A stretch of DNA of 64,000 nucleotides from a virus. The notes beneath the pieces were generated by a model. The model had not been told where the DNA came from. It saw nothing but the letters and a program-made list of their open reading frames with translations, and ran no database searches. Where the stretch lies: positions 64,001 through 128,000 of the IMG/VR virus record IMGVR_UViG_3300029258_001212; one strand, given 5' to 3'. The number at the start of each line of letters is the position of its first letter. Within the stretch, counting starts at the first letter, position 1. The position numbers were made by a program, and so were the translations under genes. Shown in pieces: positions 19,882 through 29,048 of the stretch.

Positions 19882-20826
19882 ATGGATAAAACTTGGACCA
19901 TGTACCGGAATCAGCTTTTTACTCCCAACTTCTGGTTCTACGATTGGATGGCGTTCCTGATCCCGATCTTGGAGTCCAACGGCTGGACGCTGATCGGCTG
20001 GGGCGAGGGCGGGTTCAGTGGTGGGGGCGCCTACTACTGGGATCGCAGCGGGGTCACAACGCCGTTCTCTACCAGCCAGACGAATTGCTGGGCATGTCTC
20101 CAGGCGCCGGACAACGGTGACGGCAAGACGCGCCCTGAGATCGTGTGGCAGGAGCCGTGGTCCACCAACGATCTGCGGATGTGGGTGCGGCACGAAGGCG
20201 GCTATACCAATGCTGGGATCGATTCGCACATCCGTCCTACGGCCGGGGACGGCGGCGAGATGGGGCGCACGTCCACCGATCTGGAATCCAACTCCGGAAC
20301 CGCTGCGAGTAGGTGGACGTTCTGCGTGGCAAGCGACGGGTCCTACATCGCCTACAGCTCCACCAGGAACAACGCATCCGCCATGTCTGCCTTCGTGCGT
20401 TGCATGGACGTGGAGGAGCTCGACCTGTATCCCTACGCTTGCTTCCACCGGAGTTCCTACAACTACCAGATGATCGATATTTGGCAGTTTTCCTACCAGA
20501 ACGGCAACGCGAGCATCATGGCGTACCACCCGACAGCGGGGGACATTTGGGGCAACAACGGGGCCAGTGCGGACGGGTACGGGATCGCCAAGCTCTACTG
20601 CGGAGGTGGCGATATTCGGCCTGGCATAGATCCAGTGACCGGTGAGCCGACGATGTACGGAATGCACGTCATGAGCTGGGGATCTTATGGTCACGTGAAA
20701 GGGCGCCTTCCGGATATGTTCTACTCTGGGATGGCCAACAACGACCGGGTGAACAGCGGCGAGTATATCCAGTGCGGCCACCTGATGCTGCCATGGGGTT
20801 CTGATTCGGAGGTTGTGGTCCCATGA
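19882..20826 (+). CDS. Virion structural protein (paralog B)
   Basis: LESNGWTLIG; C-terminal DPVTGEP...HVKGRLPD, shared with the next gene. Confidence 0.6.
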   Translation: MDKTWTMYRNQLFTPNFWFYDWMAFLIPILESNGWTLIGWGEGGFSGGGAYYWDRSGVTTPFSTSQTNCWACLQAPDNGDGKTRPEIVWQEPWSTNDLRMWVRHEGGYTNAGIDSHIRPTAGDGGEMGRTSTDLESNSGTAASRWTFCVASDGSYIAYSSTRNNASAMSAFVRCMDVEELDLYPYACFHRSSYNYQMIDIWQFSYQNGNASIMAYHPTAGDIWGNNGASADGYGIAKLYCGGGDIRPGIDPVTGEPTMYGMHVMSWGSYGHVKGRLPDMFYSGMANNDRVNSGEYIQCGHLMLPWGSDSEVVVP

Positions 20827-21737
20827 CCGTTTGGAACATCTACCGGAACGACATTCCGTACACCGGCGGCAGCTACGATCCACGCGGGCGAAACGCCTGG
20901 TATCAGATCAAGGAGCGCCTGGTAGAAAACGGGTGGACTATTCTCGGCACCGGGAATGGCAGCTCGAGCTTCGATGTGTCCGGAGGAGATCTCTGGACTT
21001 CGGCTGGCGCCATGTCCGGAGGGTGCTGGCTTTGGATCAAGAACATCGAAGATGTGGAGTGCGTGCTCTGGTATCAGGACATTTACAACTGGTGGCTGTG
21101 GGCCAGCTTTGACGGATTCAACACCACTGGTGTGAGCGCCTCTAGCCCGCCCGGCAATTCGAGTCCACCGGCAGACCTGTGCAACCCCGGTGCAGACGGA
21201 AACAATGATCTCGCGCCTTACGTGGATTGCTACGCTACCCTCCTGGTGAACGAGACTTCGTTCCTGACGTTTGGGCGCACGGGCAACAACTATCGCGGTG
21301 TGCCGTCCATGTGCTTCGTGAAGCTGGACGTGCGAGACCAGACGGATCCATATCCGTATTGGTTTCGCGTGTGGGGGTACAACAGCTACAGCTCGAGCAA
21401 CAAGGCTTGGCTGTCAGTGCGGATGGAGGACACGCGAGGTAACAACAGGGGGCGACACCCTGGCGGGAACGTGTACCAATACAGTGCGGCAAAGTACCAA
21501 ACCCCGCGGAGCGCCATGATGGACACGATGCCAGATGATCCGGTTACCGGTGACCCTGTGCTCCACAACGTGTGGATCTGTTGTTTCGACAATCAGCACG
21601 TGCGCGGGAAGATCCCAGACGTGTATCGCGTGAGCGAGCTCAAGGCAGACGGGACGCATCTGCACGATGATGCGTTTGTAGTGTGCTCGGACTACTGTTT
21701 TCCGTGGGAGTCCACGGACACCCTGTGGGGGACATAG
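20823..21737 (+). CDS. Virion structural protein (paralog B')
   Basis: LVENGWTILG; DPVTGDP...HVRGKIPD. Confidence 0.6.
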   Translation: MTVWNIYRNDIPYTGGSYDPRGRNAWYQIKERLVENGWTILGTGNGSSSFDVSGGDLWTSAGAMSGGCWLWIKNIEDVECVLWYQDIYNWWLWASFDGFNTTGVSASSPPGNSSPPADLCNPGADGNNDLAPYVDCYATLLVNETSFLTFGRTGNNYRGVPSMCFVKLDVRDQTDPYPYWFRVWGYNSYSSSNKAWLSVRMEDTRGNNRGRHPGGNVYQYSAAKYQTPRSAMMDTMPDDPVTGDPVLHNVWICCFDNQHVRGKIPDVYRVSELKADGTHLHDDAFVVCSDYCFPWESTDTLWGT

Positions 21738-21740
21738 GAT

Positions 21741-22775
21741 ATGGCCGATTACACTGCTACGCCGTTCGCCCCAGGGTTCTACGATCCGTTCATCCCCCCG
21801 GACCCGATTCCGGACCCGACCGTGATCAATGTGGTGGTCTGCGATGTGGGCCGGGACGAGCTAATCAAGCTCCGCGGTGGCCTCGGTGGATCCCAAGTGG
21901 GCTACTTCAAGTTTGGCTGTGGTGGCTGGGCTCCAGGCGCAGAGCTCGCTGAGCAAGCTGGCATCAGCACGGGGAGCGCCACGGTGCTCGGCCAGACCAC
22001 CAAGTACGTTGTGGCCCCTGGAACAGTGTCCGTGACGGTGGACGGCCAGACCGTAACTGATGATGGAGCTGGGAACCTGGTGGGGACCGGCGCCAGTGGC
22101 ACGATCAACTACCTGAGCGGTGCCTTCACCATCACGTTCACTACGCCCCCGGCGGGGGCCCAGCCGGTGATGGCCACCTACCGGACCGGGGGCACCGAAT
22201 CGGACTACCTGATGCAAGACGGTGCCATCGGCAACGGGGGCACCGGGCCGTACACTGGGACCCTGATCGGTGTGCCCGTGGTGCCCGGCTCCGCGGTGTT
22301 CTGGGATTGCTTCTCCCAGTACCTGATGGACAATGGCTCTGGCGTCCTGGTGGACCCGTCTGGCGGTGGGGGCTCCGGCACCATCGACTACGAGACCGGC
22401 GACTTCTCGGTGACGTTTGGATCCATCGTGGAGAACCTGTGCCCGATCCGCGTCACCCATCGCTACTGGCGGCGCCCATGGCAGCCGAACGCCGGCCAGA
22501 CAGATCTGGACGCGGTGGACAAGGGGCTGTTCACGATCCGCAAGGACTTGGAGCTCACGGACACGGTGTACCAGGGCGCTGGGACGCGCACCGTGCGTGT
22601 TACATGCGAGCTCGAGGCGGCCGAAGGGAACGATGACGGATCTGGAGCCGCTCCGGTGTACTATGAAGGTGGGATCTACACGTCCGACGACGTGCTGGTG
22701 ATGTACTTCACCTGGCCCGGAATCAAAAAGACCAGCGCGGCGGCCCTGACCCGCGTGATTGACTTGGTGGTGTGA
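21741..22775 (+). CDS. Baseplate/tail collar protein (paralog A')
   Basis: YFKFGCGG, EGGIYTSDDVLVMYFTW; paralogous to 18910-19872. Confidence 0.65.
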   Translation: MADYTATPFAPGFYDPFIPPDPIPDPTVINVVVCDVGRDELIKLRGGLGGSQVGYFKFGCGGWAPGAELAEQAGISTGSATVLGQTTKYVVAPGTVSVTVDGQTVTDDGAGNLVGTGASGTINYLSGAFTITFTTPPAGAQPVMATYRTGGTESDYLMQDGAIGNGGTGPYTGTLIGVPVVPGSAVFWDCFSQYLMDNGSGVLVDPSGGGGSGTIDYETGDFSVTFGSIVENLCPIRVTHRYWRRPWQPNAGQTDLDAVDKGLFTIRKDLELTDTVYQGAGTRTVRVTCELEAAEGNDDGSGAAPVYYEGGIYTSDDVLVMYFTWPGIKKTSAAALTRVIDLVV

Positions 22776-22777
22776 CC

Positions 22778-25700
22778 ATGGCGTTTCCGCAGTCCCTGAG
22801 CATCGTAGCAGACAACCTCAAGGCCCGATTCGAGGAGCCCTATGTGAGCGCGGCGATCAACCGCATGGGCTCCGGGCTTCCTCGAGGGATCTACCGCGGG
22901 TTCACCGTGGAGCAGATGGACACCCCCGGGGCCGGGGTGAAGATCTCTCCTGCGAGCGGCCGGGACAGCTTCGCGCTGCACGAAGATCTGGCCAACGGAT
23001 ACAAGCTGGCGATCCGATTCGATGCAGCCTTCGATTTCGAGTTTGAATTCGATGCCAGTGCGGCCTCCTTGGACCTGTACCTTTGGCTGGACGCCACCTA
23101 CCAGGTGAGCTCCACGGTCACGGGCTACGTGCGCGTGGGCGAGATCGGGGACCTTGGGGCCAACTCCATCCCGTTCGCCAAGCTCGAGATCCCCCTGGGG
23201 GCCACCACCATCCTGACCAGCTACGTGAGCCAGCTTGACAGCATGGCCAACACGCTCGAGCCCGTGCCGAGCACCACCTACCAGAACCCCTACGGGTTCA
23301 TGAATCAGGATGCGTGGGACCGGCTTCCGGACCAGGACCAGAAAGACGCAATGGACGCGGCGAGCTCCCCGAGCTCGAGCAATCCGTTCGCCACCATCAG
23401 CGCCACCGAAGCCCGGGTGTTCGCCAAGAAGACCACCCAGGTGGTGACCGTGACCCCTCCGGTGGCCAGCTTCCAGCTCCTGGGCACCTGGTACATCGGG
23501 AAGGGCGCGGTCGGTACGGCCAAGAAGTGGTTTGAGCTGTTTCGTGCCAGTGGCGGCGAGGCGCTCGAGGAGGGGCTCCGCGACTACTACACGTGGGAGC
23601 AGATTCAGATCTCCGGGATCTATGACAGCACCAACACATCACAGCTCATCCCGAGCTCGGACGCGGACGCGGATGGATTCTACGAAAACCCATTCATTCG
23701 CATGAGCCCCACCGTTGAGGTGTGGACTGAGGTGGCAGTCAAGGCCGGTGCCAAGTCTACCTTCGGTTCGTTGGACGTGCAGGAGTACACCAAGGGAGTC
23801 CTGGGTGTACGCGAGGGGATGAGCGCCGTCACCAGCGAGTTCATCAGGGAGCACGCTCCAAGCGTGCTGGTGGTGAGCGAAGTGAGCGGACAGCGCACGG
23901 ATTTCTCCGGCTCATCTTCCCTAGCGAGCGCCATTTCGTGGCTCGAGAGCGAGAATATCAATGGCACGATCTACGTGCGTGACCCTGGAAGCATCGCCTC
24001 TACTGGCCAGTGGTTTTCCGGCACCATTGCGATTACCCAGAAGATCAAGATCGTTTTCGAGGAGGGGGCAACGTGTCGGGTCTTCTCTCCGCTATCCACC
24101 CCCATCTTCCAGCTCGCCGGAAGCTACGCGAGCCTGGAGCTGGTGAACGCCAGCGTCACCAGTACCACCAGTGGGTACGTGTTCATCGACTCCAAAACGA
24201 ATGGCGGTGACGTGCGCTTGGTGAATACCCGGATGGGTGAGGCGTGCGAGTTCGGTGATGGCATGGTGGAGTTCCTGGACTGCGTGTTCCTGGACGATGC
24301 CCATGTGGAGTTCGTTGGCTCATACGGCCGCGTGGTGAACACCCGTTTCGCCGGCCAGGTGATTTGTGACGATGTGGGGAGGGCGCTGGTTCAGGGGAGC
24401 GGATACGCGGACCGCCTGATGTTCCAGACGTGCAGCTTCATCCCGAATGCGGTTGCCGGGCTCACGGACGAGTACGCCTTGGTGATTACTGGGAGCACCG
24501 AGAACCATGCCTATGTGGTGTTTCGGGACTGCGAGATCGATCCGGCTGTCACCAACTCCGGGGAAGGGGGAGGCGTCTGGATCGATGAGGATGCAGAGAC
24601 CGGGGACATTTTGTTTGAGGATTGCAGGATTGCCCAAAAAGACAGTGGATCCATCTTCCCGTCGTGCCTCTACGTGGAGACCAACCTGGCGGAGGGGATC
24701 ACCCTGACGCTGGACAAGGTGTCCTTTGTCCACCGTGGGATCAACTACGGTGTGTTCATCGGCCAGCGCGGAAGTGGTGGCGGCTACGGCCGGCTCACGG
24801 TACGAGACTGCAAGCTCAAGTACGATCACCCTGTCAACACCAACATCGGGGTGGCCCTGTTCGCCATTACTGGCGCTGGCCAGAAGATGCTGGTGGACGT
24901 TCACGGCCTCGAGATCGACATGGGCGAGGGCGAGCCCAACTTCGTTGCGGGGAGCGATGCTCTGCGAGGGGTATTTTGCCTGGACTGCACGGCCGGTTCT
25001 CAGGAGCACGTCCTGGAGGACATTGTGTTCAAGAATGTCGGCTACGGCCGTACCTTCGATCACGATGACAACTGCCTGTTGAACGTGAGCGACGTGAGCG
25101 GCGCGGAGGCCAGCGTCAAGATCGTCCGGCCGGCCATCGTTAATTACAGCTCCACGGTGGGGGGCACCGCGTTCGGACTCACAGCCATTCGGCTGCGGAA
25201 CGTGGAACAGCGCGGCCAGGTGGACATTGTGGCGGCGAACCTTCCCGGCCCAGACCCGCAAGTGGCCACCGAGTCCTATAAGGGGGTCTACATCACCAAC
25301 AGTGCCACCTACGGCTCGGTGAACATCATCGGCGGCTCCATCAAAAACTGGCAGACGAATGACGTTCACTGCGATGCGTTCTGCCGCTTGGTGATCGATG
25401 GGATGCACCATGTCAGCGTGGGGTCTGACCGGCACAAGTCTGGCCAACTGAATGCGCGGATCCGGGTGGACGACATTCTGAGCCTGGTGGTGGCCAACTG
25501 CGTTTACGAGGATCAGATGGGGAGCTCGAGTGCAGACCAGCGGGTGTGGCTCGGGATCGATTACCTGAGCGACTATCCCAACGGCGGCCCCTACGGGGTG
25601 AGCGTGACTGGGAATTCGGTGGCCATGGTTGGAACATCGCCCAACTTCGGCCGGGCGCTCTGGGTCAACACAATGGTGGTGAGCTTCCCGGATGCTTGTG

Positions 25701-25837
25701 TCATGAGCAACTCCGGCCAGGGACGAGCTCGGTATCCGGGCGGAGGGAGCACGAATCGGATCGTGGGCCTGAGTGGAAACAATCTCACCAGGAGCACTAC
25801 CTTCAACTTCAACACTTGGGACCTGGAGGAGGTGTAG
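22778..25837 (+). CDS. Tailspike / receptor-binding protein with probable beta-helix
   Basis: About 1020 aa; N-terminal anchor, then SSLASAISW..GTIYV and repeated short beta-strand pattern (VFRDCEI, LFEDCRI, TVRDCKL). Confidence 0.7.
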   Translation: MAFPQSLSIVADNLKARFEEPYVSAAINRMGSGLPRGIYRGFTVEQMDTPGAGVKISPASGRDSFALHEDLANGYKLAIRFDAAFDFEFEFDASAASLDLYLWLDATYQVSSTVTGYVRVGEIGDLGANSIPFAKLEIPLGATTILTSYVSQLDSMANTLEPVPSTTYQNPYGFMNQDAWDRLPDQDQKDAMDAASSPSSSNPFATISATEARVFAKKTTQVVTVTPPVASFQLLGTWYIGKGAVGTAKKWFELFRASGGEALEEGLRDYYTWEQIQISGIYDSTNTSQLIPSSDADADGFYENPFIRMSPTVEVWTEVAVKAGAKSTFGSLDVQEYTKGVLGVREGMSAVTSEFIREHAPSVLVVSEVSGQRTDFSGSSSLASAISWLESENINGTIYVRDPGSIASTGQWFSGTIAITQKIKIVFEEGATCRVFSPLSTPIFQLAGSYASLELVNASVTSTTSGYVFIDSKTNGGDVRLVNTRMGEACEFGDGMVEFLDCVFLDDAHVEFVGSYGRVVNTRFAGQVICDDVGRALVQGSGYADRLMFQTCSFIPNAVAGLTDEYALVITGSTENHAYVVFRDCEIDPAVTNSGEGGGVWIDEDAETGDILFEDCRIAQKDSGSIFPSCLYVETNLAEGITLTLDKVSFVHRGINYGVFIGQRGSGGGYGRLTVRDCKLKYDHPVNTNIGVALFAITGAGQKMLVDVHGLEIDMGEGEPNFVAGSDALRGVFCLDCTAGSQEHVLEDIVFKNVGYGRTFDHDDNCLLNVSDVSGAEASVKIVRPAIVNYSSTVGGTAFGLTAIRLRNVEQRGQVDIVAANLPGPDPQVATESYKGVYITNSATYGSVNIIGGSIKNWQTNDVHCDAFCRLVIDGMHHVSVGSDRHKSGQLNARIRVDDILSLVVANCVYEDQMGSSSADQRVWLGIDYLSDYPNGGPYGVSVTGNSVAMVGTSPNFGRALWVNTMVVSFPDACVMSNSGQGRARYPGGGSTNRIVGLSGNNLTRSTTFNFNTWDLEEV

Positions 25838-25840
25838 GCC

Positions 25841-26509
25841 ATGGCCGGTCTGCTTTCGCTGGTGGGGAGCTGGATGGGGGGGCAAAAAACAGGGTTCATA
25901 CAGAGCTCCGGGGCGAACGTCTATCTATTGCCGTGTACCCCCGAGGGGAACATCGACACCACGTGGCTCCGTGCGTTCCAGTTCTGGCCCCCGTCGATTG
26001 CGGACAACTACTCCCCCAATTGGAGCAACAAGACGATCCCGGGTGGCTCGGTGCCCCTGTACCAGTTCATCGCCATGGGGGAGCACACCATCAGCTTCAC
26101 AGCTACATTCGCCCGAGACCTGGCGGGGGAGTTCGGGCCGGCCCCCGGGCAACTCACCGAGAACAAGCACGACGTGGACATTGAAGCGGCTATCGCCTAC
26201 CTGCGAAGCCTGAGCACCCCGACCTATGACACCAAGAAGCAGTTTGTCCTGCCCCCGCCGCTGATCTACCTGACCATCCCCTACAACGCCATCGCTCCGA
26301 GCGAGGGGATCGCAGACGAGATGCTCTGCATCATGACCCAGTGCGACGTGGAGCGGAAGCGGTGGTTCCCTGATGGGACCACCCGGCTGGCGGAGGCGAC
26401 CCTGCAATTCAATGAGGTGGCCCAGAGGCCGAAGGCCACCCAGTGGTACGGCCGGACCCAGTGGCAAAAGGTGGCCAAGAATTACAAGTGGCAGGGCCAG
26501 AAGCCGTGA
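25841..26509 (+). CDS. Tail tube initiator (CIS tube protein / gp48-gp54-like)
   Basis: FQFWPPSIAD, IPGGSVPLYQF, PPPLIYL, WFPDGTTRLAEATLQFNEV. Confidence 0.75.
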   Translation: MAGLLSLVGSWMGGQKTGFIQSSGANVYLLPCTPEGNIDTTWLRAFQFWPPSIADNYSPNWSNKTIPGGSVPLYQFIAMGEHTISFTATFARDLAGEFGPAPGQLTENKHDVDIEAAIAYLRSLSTPTYDTKKQFVLPPPLIYLTIPYNAIAPSEGIADEMLCIMTQCDVERKRWFPDGTTRLAEATLQFNEVAQRPKATQWYGRTQWQKVAKNYKWQGQKP

Positions 26510-26522
26510 CCTGCCATCGGAG

Positions 26523-26591
26523 ACCCTCAAGACTCTTCTCTTCTAAGAGGGGAGATAGGGTATAGAGAAACAGAAGCAACAGGTGTGCCAA
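26523..26591. repeat. Dispersed element, copy 3 (divergent centre)
   Basis: ACCCTCAAGACTCTTCTCTTCTAAGAGGGGAGATAGGGTATAGAGAAACAGAAGCAACAGGTGTGCCAA. Confidence 0.88.
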
Positions 26592-26592
26592 G

Positions 26593-26808
26593 ATGAGAAG
26601 CCAACCAGATGATGATGCGAGCGCAGTCCCCGTGGAGACCGTCCAGGGCGAGGACAATTTCGTTCTGGTGACAACTCCTGTAAGATATAGGCAGCTCTCC
26701 GATGCAGCGGTTCGCCTCGGGATGAGTGTTCAGGACTTTGTGGGACACACGCTCGAGAGCGCAGTACAGGCCGTAGCCGAAGGGCGGCGGCCATGGGAAA
26801 GGACGTGA
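26593..26808 (+). CDS. Small RHH-like DNA-binding protein
   Basis: NFVLVT strand, YRQLSDAAVRLG helix, MSVQDFVGHTLE helix. Confidence 0.5.
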   Translation: MRSQPDDDASAVPVETVQGEDNFVLVTTPVRYRQLSDAAVRLGMSVQDFVGHTLESAVQAVAEGRRPWERT

Positions 26809-26812
26809 GACA

Positions 26813-27577
26813 ATGCGACGATCCATGATGACCCTGGCCTTCCTGGCCCTCCTCCTGGTGGGCGCCACCCCCTCGAGCTCCCAGCCGGCCGCCCGGCCGG
26901 CGCCCCGCGCCACGGCTCCGGCTCCGGCTCCGGCAATGACGGTTGCTCCCGCTGCCATGACCGTGCCCGTGCCCGCGATGGCAGCCATGGCGCCCAAGGT
27001 GGCCCCCGTGGCTCCAGCGGCGGCAGCTCCGTCCGCCGGCGCCCCTGTGATGGCCCCAGCGTCCACGAGCGCCCCTGTGGCAGCCATGGGGGCACCCATG
27101 GCCACCGAGGCCCCTGTGATGGCTCCAGCGCCAGTCAGTGCCCAACCAGCGGCCATGGCGGCCCAGGACAAGCCCAAGGTGAGCGGATGGGACAAGGCGG
27201 ACAAGTGGATCGGGCTGATCGTCAAGATTCTGATCGGGCTCCTGAGCATCATCGGGGCCATCCTGGGCGTCGTGAAAGGCCAGGACTGGCGTGCCAAGCT
27301 CAAGACGGAACGCTGGCAGAAGATCCTCGGGTACGTGGACCAGGCATTCCCCGTGGTGGAGTCGCTGGCCAAGGGCACCTCCTGGAAGGGCGACGACAAG
27401 CTGGTGGAGCTCCTGAAGCGCGTGAACGATTGGCTCAAGGGCGAGGGCGCCCAGGGGCTCTCCGCAGAGGAGATGGCCCTGGTGAAGCGGGAAGCGGCCG
27501 ACAAGGCGGCGAAGCTCAAGACGGACAACGGCGCCGCGGACAAGGTGGACGCCAAGGCCGTGACCCGGAACGGGTAA
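26813..27577 (+). CDS. Holin-like membrane protein with signal peptide and Ala/Pro/Met-rich linker
   Basis: N-terminal signal, low-complexity linker, TM segment, then VDQAFPVVE..KGDDKL (LL-H-holin-like by eye). Confidence 0.5.
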   Translation: MRRSMMTLAFLALLLVGATPSSSQPAARPAPRATAPAPAPAMTVAPAAMTVPVPAMAAMAPKVAPVAPAAAAPSAGAPVMAPASTSAPVAAMGAPMATEAPVMAPAPVSAQPAAMAAQDKPKVSGWDKADKWIGLIVKILIGLLSIIGAILGVVKGQDWRAKLKTERWQKILGYVDQAFPVVESLAKGTSWKGDDKLVELLKRVNDWLKGEGAQGLSAEEMALVKREAADKAAKLKTDNGAADKVDAKAVTRNG

Positions 27578-27581
27578 CACC

Positions 27582-27884
27582 ATGGCCCGCTTCAAAGCGT
27601 GGATCCGAAAGTGGTGGTGGGTCCTGGTGCTGGTGCTGGTGACAGTGGGCGGACTTGTCCTGTATTTACTCTTACGAAAAAGCCCCAAACCGGCTCCGGC
27701 CGAGACCTTCACAGTGAAAGCTCGCAAGGAGATCCTGAAAGCCGAAACAGACGCCACCATCGAACGCGCCAAAGTGGAAGCCAGGAGCTCCGTGGAGCGA
27801 GCCAAGCTCGAAGAGATCGGGAAGGTCGAGGACGATTTTGCTCGCCGCAAACGGCTGGCCGATTACCTGGACGAGGTGCTGTAG
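27582..27884 (+). CDS. Membrane-anchored coiled-coil protein (lysis-associated?)
   Basis: N-terminal TM (WWWVLVLVLVTVGGLVLYLLL) and helical tail. Confidence 0.55.
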   Translation: MARFKAWIRKWWWVLVLVLVTVGGLVLYLLLRKSPKPAPAETFTVKARKEILKAETDATIERAKVEARSSVERAKLEEIGKVEDDFARRKRLADYLDEVL

Positions 27885-27915
27885 CGAGGGGACGCGATGG
27901 CAAACGGTAAGCGTC

Positions 27916-28383
27916 ATGAACCAGTGGATCGGTCCGATAGTGACAGCCGGAGGAGCTCTGCTTTCCGCTATCTTCGCTCTCATCGCCTGGGTAGCTCTGA
28001 GGGAGATCCGCCGAAAGGACAAGGAGATAGAGGATCTCCAGACGGACATGGAGGAGCTCCTCAAAATAGTCGTGATACTGGAGAACTTAGAAAAATCCTG
28101 CGAGCGCGAACGGAACGAGAGGAGAACGGTGGAGGAGCAGCTCTGGAGCAAGATCAACAGGCTGGTGGCGCAGATCTCGGCCCAGGCTACTACCATCTCG
28201 GAGCATCAGAGATCGTGTCGGAGCGTCTACATGACCCAGACAGAACACGACCGCCTGGAAGCTCTCCGGGACAAGGTGGAGGACGCGAAAGCGATCACGG
28301 ATGCCCGGCTGGATGCCAAGGTGGAGAATGTGATTCAGACCCTGAATTTCCTCCTCCAGCGGAATGGGATGAGCAGGAGATAA
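27916..28383 (+). CDS. TM plus coiled-coil protein (holin/antiholin-like)
   Basis: One N-terminal TM followed by coiled coil. Confidence 0.5.
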   Translation: MNQWIGPIVTAGGALLSAIFALIAWVALREIRRKDKEIEDLQTDMEELLKIVVILENLEKSCERERNERRTVEEQLWSKINRLVAQISAQATTISEHQRSCRSVYMTQTEHDRLEALRDKVEDAKAITDARLDAKVENVIQTLNFLLQRNGMSRR

Positions 28384-28388
28384 CCGGC

Positions 28389-28526
28389 GTGATCGATCTG
28401 GCCGAGTCAGTCTCACCGGTGGTGGCAAAGCAGATTCGTCAAGACCGCGAGACCACCAAGCGGCGCCAGGCGTTCGTGGAGCGCATGGACACGCTCCTGG
28501 CGAAACTCCACGCACTCACGGTATGA
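28389..28526 (+). CDS. Small hypothetical protein
   Basis: AGGAGA RBS, GTG start, 45 aa. Confidence 0.45.
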   Translation: MIDLAESVSPVVAKQIRQDRETTKRRQAFVERMDTLLAKLHALTV

Positions 28527-28535
28527 TGCGGCCCG

Positions 28536-28952
28536 ATGCGCCAACGAAACACCGTAGCGTCAACGGCCGGCTCCATCGTCCGCGGCTCCTGCACCGCGGC
28601 GGAATCGGTCGGGGATCCGGTCTACCTCACAGGTGACCCCTCCGGCTACGTGTACCCGGTCGAAAAGGCAGAAGCGTGGGACGAGGACAAGATGCCAGCG
28701 TTTGGCATCGTGATCCGAAAGCTGTCCGATACCGTCTGCTTGGTGCAAACCGATGGAATCCTTCCTCACGGGATCCTGTCCGGCCTTCAGAGGGGCCACG
28801 GCTACATGGTGGGGGGCACCGGGGGCCTCGAGGCGGCCCCGCCAGTGGTTGGCCCCAACGGCTACTCCTGGATCCAATTCATGGGCCGGTCCCTGGGTGA
28901 CGACCGGTTCCAGGTGCGCCCGGACACCCTTATCACCATCAGACGTTCCTGA
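28536..28952 (+). CDS. Capsid decoration/cement-like protein (DUF2190-like)
   Basis: VGDPVYL..KAEA..PAFGIV..VQTDG..GLQRGHGYMVG pattern. Confidence 0.6.
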   Translation: MRQRNTVASTAGSIVRGSCTAAESVGDPVYLTGDPSGYVYPVEKAEAWDEDKMPAFGIVIRKLSDTVCLVQTDGILPHGILSGLQRGHGYMVGGTGGLEAAPPVVGPNGYSWIQFMGRSLGDDRFQVRPDTLITIRRS

Positions 28953-28957
28953 TAGTG

Positions 28958-28986
28958 TTGTTTCGGTCATGGGTTACGGGTACAAT
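28958..28986 (+). promoter_or_regulatory. Sigma70-type promoter
   Basis: TTGTTT, 17 bp, TACAAT; palindrome GATTCGAATC at 29008-29017. Confidence 0.5.
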
Positions 28987-29048
28987 GATGCCCGAGATCC
29001 AAATCAAGATTCGAATCCCAGCAAAGGGAAACCCGATTGGAGGCGAAG

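Noticed and set aside
14616-25837. Diversity-generating retroelement or invertible fibre cassette
   Set aside because: No reverse transcriptase, invertase or near-identical TR/VR nucleotide repeats seen; paralogy is old and at protein level
1-26509. Stand-alone eCIS/tailocin locus
   Set aside because: Contiguous with head-decoration-like, lysis, replication and GroES genes, so phage is more likely
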